A stretch of 24,000 nt of DNA. It comes from Candidatus Mnemosynella biddleae (GTDB lineage: Archaea > Halobacteriota > Archaeoglobi > Mnemosynellales > Mnemosynellaceae). Below, piece after piece: positions 16,465 through 24,000 of the stretch. The notes beneath the pieces are model-generated. The model ran no database searches. It saw only the letters and a program-made list of their open reading frames with translations, and was not told the DNA's origin. The position numbers and the translations under genes are program-made. The stretch lies in contig MTMI02000001.1 in the NCBI GenBank assembly GCA_002011165.2, forward strand, positions 51,575 through 75,574, in the 5' to 3' direction. How positions within the stretch are numbered: position 1 is the first letter of the stretch; each line of letters opens with the position of its first letter.

Positions 16465-16523
16465 TTTCGAGAAGGATGACGTCTCGGAAAAGAATCAATA
16501 GAAAGAAAATAAGGAGGGATTCA

Positions 16524-16598
<75 letters not shown>

Positions 16599-16633
16599 TA
16601 AAGAATAGATTCATCTTATTACTTTTACAATCT

Positions 16634-16643
16634 CTTTTAAAAG
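16634..16643. promoter_or_regulatory. Palindromic TATA-like element between divergent tRNA-iMet and isf
   Basis: CTTTTAAAAG is a perfect palindrome overlapping a second one, AAAAGCTTTT. It lies 36-45 nt from the tRNA 5' end and 66-75 nt from the isf ATG. Its role is inferred from position only. Confidence 0.25.
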
Positions 16644-16708
16644 CTTTTCCATCCGAGAAGATTTAAGAGAATAAAAATTAATTACAAAAGAGAGGAGGGA
16701 GAGAAGAT

Positions 16709-17296
16709 ATGAAAGTTGTCGGAATATGCGGATCTCCGAGGAAGGGAGGAAACACTGAAATAGCTTTGAGAGAGGCGATGAAAGTTTTCGAGGAGAGAGG
16801 AATAGAGACTGAGACAATCTTGCTTTGCGAAAAGGATATCAGATATTGCGTACACTGCAACACGTGCTTAACAGATCCATGTCCAATTCAGGATGACATA
16901 CCCGAAATATTAGACAAAATGATCTTTTCAGACGGAATAGTTATTGCCTCCCCAGTTTATCATTCTGACGTAACAGCACAGCTCAAAGCTCTTTTTGATA
17001 GAACCCTTCCACTGAGAAGACAGGGAAGAAAGTTAAAAAATAAAGTGGGAGGAGCTATTGCAGTAGCTCAAGCAAGAAATGGTGGGCAGGAAATTACCTG
17101 CTCTCAGATTCATAAATGGATGCTATTTCAAGAGATGATAGTTGCTGTAGATCTTAACACAACGCACTTCGGGGGAACGGTGCAAGGGGACAGAATAAGA
17201 CTTGATGCAGCCAAAGATGATGAGATCGGGTTGGAGACGTGCAGAAATCTTGCACTTAGAATGATCGAGCTGATGGAACTCATCGGAGTGAGATAA
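16709..17296 (+). CDS. isf: Iron-sulfur flavoprotein (Isf) / NADPH-dependent FMN reductase family
   Basis: Flavodoxin-like N-terminus MKVVGICGSPRKGGNT. Compact cysteine cluster C-VH-C-NT-C-LTDP-C (CX2CX2CX4C), the Isf 4Fe-4S motif. SD GAGGAGGGAG lies before the ATG. Confidence 0.8.
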   Translation: MKVVGICGSPRKGGNTEIALREAMKVFEERGIETETILLCEKDIRYCVHCNTCLTDPCPIQDDIPEILDKMIFSDGIVIASPVYHSDVTAQLKALFDRTLPLRRQGRKLKNKVGGAIAVAQARNGGQEITCSQIHKWMLFQEMIVAVDLNTTHFGGTVQGDRIRLDAAKDDEIGLETCRNLALRMIELMELIGVR

Positions 17297-17306
17297 AATC
17301 CCAAAA

Positions 17307-17318
17307 TTTTTATTTTTT
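17307..17318 (+). terminator. T-tract terminator candidate after isf
   Basis: TTTTTATTTTTT begins 11 nt after the isf stop (17294-17296). Confidence 0.45.
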
Positions 17319-17440
17319 CAAATCCAATATTTTCTTAGAGTGATTGACGAAAATTGTGCACCACAGCGAGGTAGAGCTGTGGAGAGAGGAGAAAATTATT
17401 GGGAAGTTATTTGCGTGACGCCAGTAAAGGAGTTCGGAAA

Positions 17441-17806
17441 ATGAAGAGAAAATATGATGAAGTGTGGCGTAGTTACTACAGGAGTTTAGATTACGTTGTT
17501 GCAGACGATGAGATCTCGGCTGTTGACGGTCCTCTTTCACAGAAAGTTCTGAATTATTTGATGAACAACAGGAATGATTTTATGGGTCAAACCAGCAGAG
17601 CTATTCGTCTCTCGCTCTTCAAGCTAGATGGAGATTCAAAAGTTTATGGAGATATAATTTCAATATGGGAAAAAGAAGGAAAAGGTCTTCCTAAACCAGA
17701 TTGGGATAGATGTCTCGGTGTGATGAGGTATTTGGCTGAGACTCTCGGAGGCACTATTCTCAGAAACCCTGAAGGAACGAAGTATCTCTTAATCATCGAC
17801 GATTAA
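17441..17806 (+). CDS. Hypothetical protein (about 121 aa), no recognisable family
   Basis: Open frame 17399..17806. The ATG at 17441 is preceded by AAGGAG with an 8-nt spacer. The alternative TTG at 17399 is preceded by GAGGAGAAAATTA. I recognise no motif. The 3' end overlaps the convergent SIMPL gene by 4 nt. Confidence 0.6.
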   Translation: MKRKYDEVWRSYYRSLDYVVADDEISAVDGPLSQKVLNYLMNNRNDFMGQTSRAIRLSLFKLDGDSKVYGDIISIWEKEGKGLPKPDWDRCLGVMRYLAETLGGTILRNPEGTKYLLIIDD

Positions 17807-18486
17807 GCGATCCAATAAACCACTGTGACGGTTGCACTGATCTGAACCTCACCGGGTGTCACGGGAGTTGCAGAATCACCTATTGCTGCATAAGCAATTT
17901 CGTGTCGATAGATCGGATAAGAAGACGATGTCGAAGATATTTCTTTTACTCCTAAGATGCTTACTCCTACAGCTTCGGAAATTATTTTTGCCTTCTCTCC
18001 AGCATCTCTCACTGCAAGTTTTAAAGCTTCCTCCTTCTTTTCCTTAAGATTCGAAATTGTGAATCTTATGCTCTGAACATTGTTTACTCCAGAAGCGACT
18101 GCCAGATCTATGACTCTTCCCGCATCTTCAACGTCTGTTGTCACCTTGATCATGTGAAGGACTCTGTACCCCTTTAACTTCGGCTCCTTGCCAGTGTACG
18201 AGTAAACTGGATAGATGGAGAACTGAGTTGTCTCGATTTCCACTCCAAGTGCTCTGAGTTTGCTGATTACTTCGTTCATTTTCTCTGAGTTCTCCTCAAG
18301 TGCTTTTTCAGCACTTTCATTTTCCGTTTGAATTCCCATATAAATCTCTGCAGTATCTGGAGAGAGATTCAGAGTTCCGATTCCTGTTACAACGAGAGTT
18401 CCTTTTTCTTCCCCTTCAGCGTAACTCGGAGTGATTATCAGAACAGCTAGGAGGACTGCAAGGAAAATGTATGCGTATTTTTTCAT
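17803..18486 (-). CDS. Secreted SIMPL-domain (DUF541) protein
   Basis: The ATG at 18486 is preceded by GAGGTGGAAAAA; the track start 18495 is GTG. Signal-peptide-like N-terminus MKKYAYIFLAVLLAVLIITPSYAEG. The body (TL.V.G.G......PD.A.I..G..T....A..A...N.......I..L...G) resembles SIMPL/DUF541 periplasmic proteins. Confidence 0.8.
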   Translation of the reverse strand: MKKYAYIFLAVLLAVLIITPSYAEGEEKGTLVVTGIGTLNLSPDTAEIYMGIQTENESAEKALEENSEKMNEVISKLRALGVEIETTQFSIYPVYSYTGKEPKLKGYRVLHMIKVTTDVEDAGRVIDLAVASGVNNVQSIRFTISNLKEKKEEALKLAVRDAGEKAKIISEAVGVSILGVKEISSTSSSYPIYRHEIAYAAIGDSATPVTPGEVQISATVTVVYWIA

Positions 18487-18553
18487 TTTTTCCACCTCAA
18501 AATAAGATTTGAAGAAGAAGAGAATAAAGCTTTCCAGTTCGTTAGAGAGAGTT

Positions 18554-19678
18554 CTAACGCATCATCATTTTGAGTGATTCTCTTACGATTTCCTTCGGAT
18601 ATCTCAACCTTATCATCCTCGTTCTTCCTCTGTGACCTCTACCTGTAAAATCCATGTGAATTAACCTCATGTTATCGAGCTTGTTTAAGGATTCATAAAA
18701 CCTTGTATATCCCATCTCTATTTCTTCTTTCACTGCTCTGTAGAGTTCTCCAGAATTTATCACATCCTCTTCAACTTCTGAAATTTTTTCTAAAATTTTC
18801 AGCTCTTTTTCGTTCAAAGAACTAAGAATTGAGGTAAAAATATGTTTCTGAGACTCTTCCACTGCAAATGCGAGATCTTCCTCCACCACTCTTCTTCTTG
18901 CATTCTTTTCAGCATAAAGGACAGCATATTTTATCATGCTTATTCCGAATCTCAGATCTCCTACTTTTTCGGTTTCCTCAACAATTTTTTCAAGAATTTC
19001 ATCTCCCATAACTCCAGAATAAAGACCAGAAAAAACTCTTTTCTCCAGAATGCCATAAATTTCCTCTTTTTTATATGGAGGAAAGCTTATTTCCTGAGCC
19101 TGAAAAATTGAGACACTCTTCGAGCTCATCAAACTTCTGAAATCAGGTTCACTGAAAACTGCAATAACACCTACTTTAACTCCTTCAAACATCTCGTAAG
19201 CTCTGAGAAGAGAGTTCAAAACAGAATCGAGCTCTTTTTCGTGGAAGAGAGCTCCAGCGTCATCTAAAGCAACTATGAGTGGTTTTCTTTCTCTACTCAG
19301 ACGACTCATGATTTTCTCGAAAAGCTGGCTGAAAGGAACTCCTGAAGAGGGTGGAGAGAATCCAAAGATTTCACGGAAGATTCTAGAAAATACCAGATGC
19401 CTTGTGTGATCTATGTTACAGTTCACATACGCAGTATAAATTTTTTCCTCCTCCTCAAGCTCGCGGAATAGTATTTTAACAGCAGAGGTCTTTCCAGTAG
19501 CAGGAGGTCCGATGAGAATTGTGTTAATAGGTGAGAGACCCTTTAGAGCAGGAAATATGTTGAACTTAAGAGATTGAAGCTGAGAATCTCTAAAAAGAAG
19601 TATATCTGGGACATAATCAAATTCGAAAACTTCGGGATTTTTAAACAGAGTTTCATCTCTCATAAGAATCTCGTTCAT
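18554..19678 (-). CDS. cdc6: Orc1/Cdc6 family replication initiator paralog
   Basis: FKNPEVFEFDYVPDILLFRDSQLQSL, Walker A GPPATGKTS, Walker B LIVALDDAG, ISFPPYKKEEIYGILEKR, and a C-terminal winged-helix-like segment GRGHRGRTRMIRL. The start is ambiguous: ATG 19678 (chosen), ATG 19663, or GTG 19723, which overlaps hppA. Confidence 0.88.
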   Translation of the reverse strand: MNEILMRDETLFKNPEVFEFDYVPDILLFRDSQLQSLKFNIFPALKGLSPINTILIGPPATGKTSAVKILFRELEEEEKIYTAYVNCNIDHTRHLVFSRIFREIFGFSPPSSGVPFSQLFEKIMSRLSRERKPLIVALDDAGALFHEKELDSVLNSLLRAYEMFEGVKVGVIAVFSEPDFRSLMSSKSVSIFQAQEISFPPYKKEEIYGILEKRVFSGLYSGVMGDEILEKIVEETEKVGDLRFGISMIKYAVLYAEKNARRRVVEEDLAFAVEESQKHIFTSILSSLNEKELKILEKISEVEEDVINSGELYRAVKEEIEMGYTRFYESLNKLDNMRLIHMDFTGRGHRGRTRMIRLRYPKEIVRESLKMMMR

Positions 19679-19716
19679 GAAAGAAAATTGGGAGAGAGGA
19701 GAATTAATAATTAACG

Positions 19717-21768
19717 TCACCACATGAGTGCATGGGTGACGATTAGATAGACGAAGAGAATTGAGACGGTGTTCATAACTTTGATCAACGGATTTATAGC
19801 TGGACCTGCAGTATCTTTGTAAGCATCTCCCACGACATCTCCAACGACTGCTGCTTTGTGTGCTTCCGAACCTTTACCTCCGAGGAATCCCTCCTCAATG
19901 AATTTCTTTGCATTATCCCAAGCAGCACCACCGGTGGTCATCTCCAAAGCTATGAGCAATCCCGAAACAATTACTCCGAGGAGGAGGCCTCCGAGAGCCT
20001 TTGGACCGAGAATGAAACCAACTGCAAGTGGTGAGATTATCGCTATTAGAGCAGGAATTGCCAGTTCCCTGAGAGCTGCTTTTGTCACTATGTCAACGCA
20101 TCTTCCATACTGCGGTCTAGCTTTACCCTCCATGATTCCGGGTATTTCTTTAAACTGTCTTCTTACTTCTTCCACAACTTCAAATGCAGATCTTCCTACA
20201 GCAAGCATGAGGAAGGATACGAAAAGAAATGGGATGGCAGCTCCTATGAAAACTCCAACGAGAACTATTGGGTTCTCGAGAGAGAGGGTAAAATCTCTGA
20301 GGAGTTCAAGTTTATCCATAGTGAAAATGACTTCATGCTTGTAGCTTGCATATAACGAAAGAGCTGCTAACGCTGCAGATCCTATTGCATACCCTTTTGT
20401 GATGGCTTTTGTTGTATTTCCGACAGCATCCAGAGGATCGGTGACCAATCTGACTTCATCTGGAAGATCTGCCATTTCTGCAATCCCTCCAGCATTATCG
20501 GTGATTGGACCATAGGAATCTATACTCACGATGATCCCAGTTGTTGAGAGCATAGCTGCTGCAGCTATACTGACTCCAAAGAGTCCAAGAGCTGGAGATG
20601 TTGCACCTCCAGAAGCAAAGTACGAAATGAGAATTCCGGCACAGATAACAATTGCGGGAAGAAATGCAGATTGATGTGCGAGGGCCAGTCCAGTTATTAT
20701 ATTCGTTCCTGCACCAGTTTTAGAGGAGTTTGCAATCTCTCTTACTGGTTTAAATGATGCAGAGGTGTAGTATTCTGTTACCGCAATCATCGCAACCATG
20801 ACGCTAAGACCCGTAAGAGTTGAAATGTAGATTCCGAGATTTCCGCTCATGAATTTCTCCGTTAGGAAATAAAATACCACCGCAGAGAAGATTGTTGTCG
20901 CTATAACTCCCTTGTAGAGCGCCTTCATTATCTTTCCGTCTTTTCCAAGCTTTACAAAGAAGCTCCCAAAAATTGTTCCAAAAATTGCTGCTGCACCTAT
21001 GAGAAGTGGAAAAATAACTGCATTCTCCCCAAATTTTGAGTAAACTTCAGGAGTTATAGCAAGAAGCATAGCAGCTATGGCAGTAACCACATAGGTCTCA
21101 AAGAGGTCTGCACCCATTCCTGCGCAGTCCCCAACTGCATCTCCAACATTATCAGCGATTACTGCTGGGTTTCTTGGATCGTCCTCTGGAATTCCTGCTT
21201 CAACTTTTCCGACGAGATCTGCACCAACATCTGCTGCTTTTGTGTAAATTCCTCCTCCAACTCTTGCGAAGAGGCTCATCAAAGAGGCTCCAAAAGCGTA
21301 TCCTACAATCAGAGTTGGATCTCTAAGCCAGATATAGAAGAGGCTCAAACCAAGAAGGCCGAGACCAACGATGCTAAACCCAGTGACTGCTCCACCCTTA
21401 AATGCCACTTTAAGAGCTTCCGCAAGACCTTCTCTTGCCTTATTAGCAGTTCTCACATTAGCTCTAACTGTGATATACATTCCTATGAAACCTGCAAGAG
21501 CAGAGCAAAAAACCCCGGCAAGGAATCCAACCGAAATTATAACTCCATTTGGAAGAAGAAAAGCCAAAACTATACCGAGAATTATCGCGAAAATTGCAAC
21601 AGTCTGATATTCCCTTCTTATGAAAGCAGTTGCTCCTTCCTGTATAGCTCTCGCTATATCAACCATCTTTTCAGTTCCTTCTTCTTCTTTCAAAACAGAG
21701 AGAGCATAATAGCCTGAGAAGACGAGAGCTAAGAGACCTGCAACTGGTGCAATCCACAGAGCTTCCAC
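19717..21768 (-). CDS. hppA: Membrane-bound proton-translocating pyrophosphatase, K+-independent type by signature
   Basis: Motifs ADNVGDAVGDCAGMGADLFETY, DNAGGIAEM and GDVVGDAYKDTAGPA. GNTTKAITKG carries the Lys/Thr pair associated with K+ independence. The GTG at 21768 is preceded by GGAGGTGATTAC; the track start 21798 is an upstream TTG. Confidence 0.95.
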   Translation of the reverse strand: MEALWIAPVAGLLALVFSGYYALSVLKEEEGTEKMVDIARAIQEGATAFIRREYQTVAIFAIILGIVLAFLLPNGVIISVGFLAGVFCSALAGFIGMYITVRANVRTANKAREGLAEALKVAFKGGAVTGFSIVGLGLLGLSLFYIWLRDPTLIVGYAFGASLMSLFARVGGGIYTKAADVGADLVGKVEAGIPEDDPRNPAVIADNVGDAVGDCAGMGADLFETYVVTAIAAMLLAITPEVYSKFGENAVIFPLLIGAAAIFGTIFGSFFVKLGKDGKIMKALYKGVIATTIFSAVVFYFLTEKFMSGNLGIYISTLTGLSVMVAMIAVTEYYTSASFKPVREIANSSKTGAGTNIITGLALAHQSAFLPAIVICAGILISYFASGGATSPALGLFGVSIAAAAMLSTTGIIVSIDSYGPITDNAGGIAEMADLPDEVRLVTDPLDAVGNTTKAITKGYAIGSAALAALSLYASYKHEVIFTMDKLELLRDFTLSLENPIVLVGVFIGAAIPFLFVSFLMLAVGRSAFEVVEEVRRQFKEIPGIMEGKARPQYGRCVDIVTKAALRELAIPALIAIISPLAVGFILGPKALGGLLLGVIVSGLLIALEMTTGGAAWDNAKKFIEEGFLGGKGSEAHKAAVVGDVVGDAYKDTAGPAINPLIKVMNTVSILFVYLIVTHALMW

Positions 21769-21853
21769 GTAATCACCTCCAATGATTAAAGAGGGCAATG
21801 GGAATTAAAGGTCGAATGTTTATAATACTTTCTGAAGAAAACGTAACAATTAA

Positions 21854-22801
21854 TTACATCTGATCTACACCAACCTCTTCAAGCTTCTTTTCACCGAGAA
21901 CGACTAGAAATTCTTCAGGAGTAATCACGGGTTTAGGATGAAGTTCTGCATCATCATATGTGAATCTCGGACAAGCGGTATTCACGTATGCATCCGCATC
22001 AAAATTCAGAAGAGTTTCATAGAGGATGGTGTCGAGATAAATTATCTCCGCCCTCAAACCTTTTTTCTTCGCTTTATCTCTGAGAGTTCTCGCAAGAGAT
22101 AATCTTTTTTGGTACGGCTTCGAGCTCACGATTATTCCGAACTTCTTTGCTTCAAAACATTTAGATACTATTAGATATCTTTTTCTCTTCATCTTTTCTG
22201 CATTCACAACTCTAACTTCATTTTTCAGAGGATCGAGAACTACAACGTCTTTTTCCGTAAAGAGAGAGATGCCAAGAGCGTGAAAATCACCTGTGCCAAT
22301 GAAGAGTATGTCCGAGTTCTCAGCAACTGCGGAAAAATCGCATCCAAGGATGTGACCGGGATTTGGAGATCTTCTTGGTTTCTTTATGATGACGTCTCTT
22401 CCACTTTCTTCGAGCATTTTTTTCGCCTTTTCAAGAACTCCGAAATGCTGTGCAGTTGTCACAACGCTAACTCTCTTTCCAAGAATTGAGAGAGCTTCTT
22501 TCATTAGATCCTCAATCTCAAACTCCTGAGTCACTGAGACGAAGAGGACTTTATTCATCTCTCCAATTGGAGAATGAGCGAAGTGAACAAGAAGGTCTGT
22601 TTCATGAAGGAGATGAAGATCTATATCGCATGCACCGAAGCAAGTATTTCCCGATATTATGACTTCTGCATCGGTTCTTCTTTCTATTTCCTCAGCAATC
22701 TCAAAAGTTCTTCTTCTGAGACCATCAGGAAGCTGAATTCCAACTCTTTTCGATCCTCTTCTTTTTATCTCCTCAATTGCTCTCTCGAAATCCACCTTCA
22801 T
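21854..22801 (-). CDS. dph2: Diphthamide biosynthesis enzyme Dph2 (2-(3-amino-3-carboxypropyl)histidine synthase)
   Basis: From the ATG at 22801: MKVDFERAIEEIKRRGSKRVGIQLPDGLRRR....GNTCFGACDID...HF(A/G)HS, the typical archaeal Dph2 N-terminus. The 37 extra codons of the track ORF overlap mfnA out of frame. ATG and the mfnA TGA share one base (TGATG). Confidence 0.9.
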   Translation of the reverse strand: MKVDFERAIEEIKRRGSKRVGIQLPDGLRRRTFEIAEEIERRTDAEVIISGNTCFGACDIDLHLLHETDLLVHFAHSPIGEMNKVLFVSVTQEFEIEDLMKEALSILGKRVSVVTTAQHFGVLEKAKKMLEESGRDVIIKKPRRSPNPGHILGCDFSAVAENSDILFIGTGDFHALGISLFTEKDVVVLDPLKNEVRVVNAEKMKRKRYLIVSKCFEAKKFGIIVSSKPYQKRLSLARTLRDKAKKKGLRAEIIYLDTILYETLLNFDADAYVNTACPRFTYDDAELHPKPVITPEEFLVVLGEKKLEEVGVDQM

Positions 22802-23919
22802 CAAATTATCCTCTTCAGATCCTCCACAAATAACTTGAGGTTCTCTTCTTCCACATGAGGCATTATCACAAGTCTCATCCCAAGAGGGTTCAGTGATTTT
22901 GAGACGAGCCACCTTCTTTTTTTAAGTTCCTCTCTTATCCTGTCTATATCTTCCATTTCAAATGTCACGATATTCATTTTCGGTTCTATTACCGGCTCGA
23001 ATCCCAACTCTTCCATGAGTTCGATGATGAGTTTGGTGTTTCTCATGCACCTCTCCACAATCTTCCGATAACCTTCTTTTCCTAAGTGTTCAAAAACAGC
23101 ATAAGTTGCAGCTGCTGAAGCTCCGGGTCTGGTTCCAGGAAGAGAATATTGATGCTTTGTAGTGAGATAGGGGGTTCTGACCTTTATGGCATCCATATAT
23201 TTCTCTTCTGAAAAAAGAAGAATTCCAGAAGGAATAACGCTCATTCCCATCTTATGAGGGTCTCCAGAAATTGAGGAGATTGAGGGAAGGGAGAAATTTA
23301 CATCGAGCTCATCAATGAAGGGAATTACGAAAGCTCCGAAAGCAGCATCCACATGAACTGGAATATCACATTCTGATGCCATTTTAGATATTTCTTCCAA
23401 AGGATCTATCTGACCGAGTTCGGTTGAACCCGCAAGTGCAACTATCCCGAAAGTATTTTCATCTATCATCTCTTCAAGTGCCGAGACGTCTACCTGATAT
23501 TCCTCATTCAATGGTGCAATCTTCATCTCAACCCCAAGAATATCCGAGGCTTTGTCAATCGAAAAATGCCTTGATTTAGGAGCTATGAAATTTTTCCCTC
23601 TTTTAACATTTCTAAGAGCTCTCAGAGCCTGAATATTCGCTTCAGTTCCTCCACTGGTCATGTAACCACAAAATTTCTTTATTCCGAGGAGTTCTGCAGA
23701 GATTGACACTACTTTATCCTCAAGCTCTTTAACAGATGGAAAAATTCCAAAATCGCCTAAATTAGACTCTATAAAGAGTAAAAAAGCTTTAACTGCAATT
23801 GGATGAGGTTTGGTGCACATCGAACTGAAGACTCTTTCATAAGGAATCCTACTATTCCACATTTCCTCCAGTTCTCTTAGAACCTCCTCTTCACTTCTCC
23901 CACTTTTCCTCAATTTCAC
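22801..23919 (-). CDS. mfnA: PLP-dependent group II decarboxylase of the MfnA type (tyrosine/aspartate decarboxylase)
   Basis: 372 aa. SMCTKPHPIA, MTSGGTEANIQALRA, HVDAAFG and the PLP-lysine motif SGDPHKMG. The GTG start at 23919 is preceded by AGGGGAGATGT. Confidence 0.9.
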   Translation of the reverse strand: MKLRKSGRSEEEVLRELEEMWNSRIPYERVFSSMCTKPHPIAVKAFLLFIESNLGDFGIFPSVKELEDKVVSISAELLGIKKFCGYMTSGGTEANIQALRALRNVKRGKNFIAPKSRHFSIDKASDILGVEMKIAPLNEEYQVDVSALEEMIDENTFGIVALAGSTELGQIDPLEEISKMASECDIPVHVDAAFGAFVIPFIDELDVNFSLPSISSISGDPHKMGMSVIPSGILLFSEEKYMDAIKVRTPYLTTKHQYSLPGTRPGASAAATYAVFEHLGKEGYRKIVERCMRNTKLIIELMEELGFEPVIEPKMNIVTFEMEDIDRIREELKKRRWLVSKSLNPLGMRLVIMPHVEEENLKLFVEDLKRII

Positions 23920-24000
23920 ACATCTCCCCTTTTTTCTAGATTATTACAAACTTTATCACTCAGAGTAATGTATGCACTAAATCATTCGTTCGAAAAGATA

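Noticed and set aside
16377-16523. Bacterial-style trp leader peptide or attenuator upstream of trpD, and likewise 10953-11017 upstream of trpB.
   Set aside because: The only mini-ORFs are MFIISLIFT and MYKIVQ on the minus strand and a 17-codon ORF on the plus strand. None contains Trp codons, and no alternative terminator/antiterminator hairpins are apparent.
17297-19723. Possible replication origin near the orc1/cdc6 gene, including the CCACAGC/GCTGTGG dyad at 17361-17382.
   Set aside because: There is no long AT-rich intergenic region and no repeated ORB-like boxes. The dyad occurs once and does not match the TCCA...TGGA core I remember for ORB elements. The flanking spacers are only 38 and 67 nt.
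23935-24000. C/D-box sRNA-like arrangement on the minus strand (ATGATTT ... CTGA G TGATAAA ... CTAG) upstream of mfnA.
   Set aside because: Both C-type boxes deviate from RUGAUGA, the terminal D box is CTAG rather than CUGA, D' and C' are almost adjacent, and no terminal stem is visible. The window edge also truncates the region.

Overview
This is an archaeal chromosomal window, probably from a thermophile or hyperthermophile. Supporting evidence: reverse gyrase, Orc1/Cdc6, Dph2, MfnA, an initiator tRNA with A1:U72, tRNAs without an encoded CCA, strong GGAGGTGA-type Shine-Dalgarno sites, and many 1-4 nt gene overlaps. Left to right the window holds: the 3' end of an IscU-type Fe-S scaffold gene; a ~3.2 kb zone of gene decay (frameshifted minimal nucleotidyltransferase, frameshifted RelB/RelE-like toxin-antitoxin pair, intact tRNA-His, multiply frameshifted MOT1/SulP-like anion transporter); an Nramp-like multi-pass membrane protein; a tightly coupled three-gene unit (KaiC-like ATPase, HTH/DUF2795-like protein, reverse gyrase); a flavin-reductase-like protein; a split, convergent tryptophan cluster (trpB-trpA facing trpD-trpE-trpG-trpF, no trpC in the window) whose two promoters share an identical 13-nt box; initiator tRNA-Met; an iron-sulfur flavoprotein; a small orphan protein; and a minus-strand array mfnA-dph2-hppA-orc1/cdc6-SIMPL. 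I found no CRISPR array, rRNA, transposase, integrase or intact defence system. The best candidates for something not yet described are the KaiC-like/HTH/reverse gyrase operon and the shared trp promoter/operator box; both are inferences that need comparative and experimental checks. Several ORF-track starts are over-extended, and I moved them to starts preceded by a Shine-Dalgarno site. Hand-derived coordinates of small motifs may be off by 1-2 nt.
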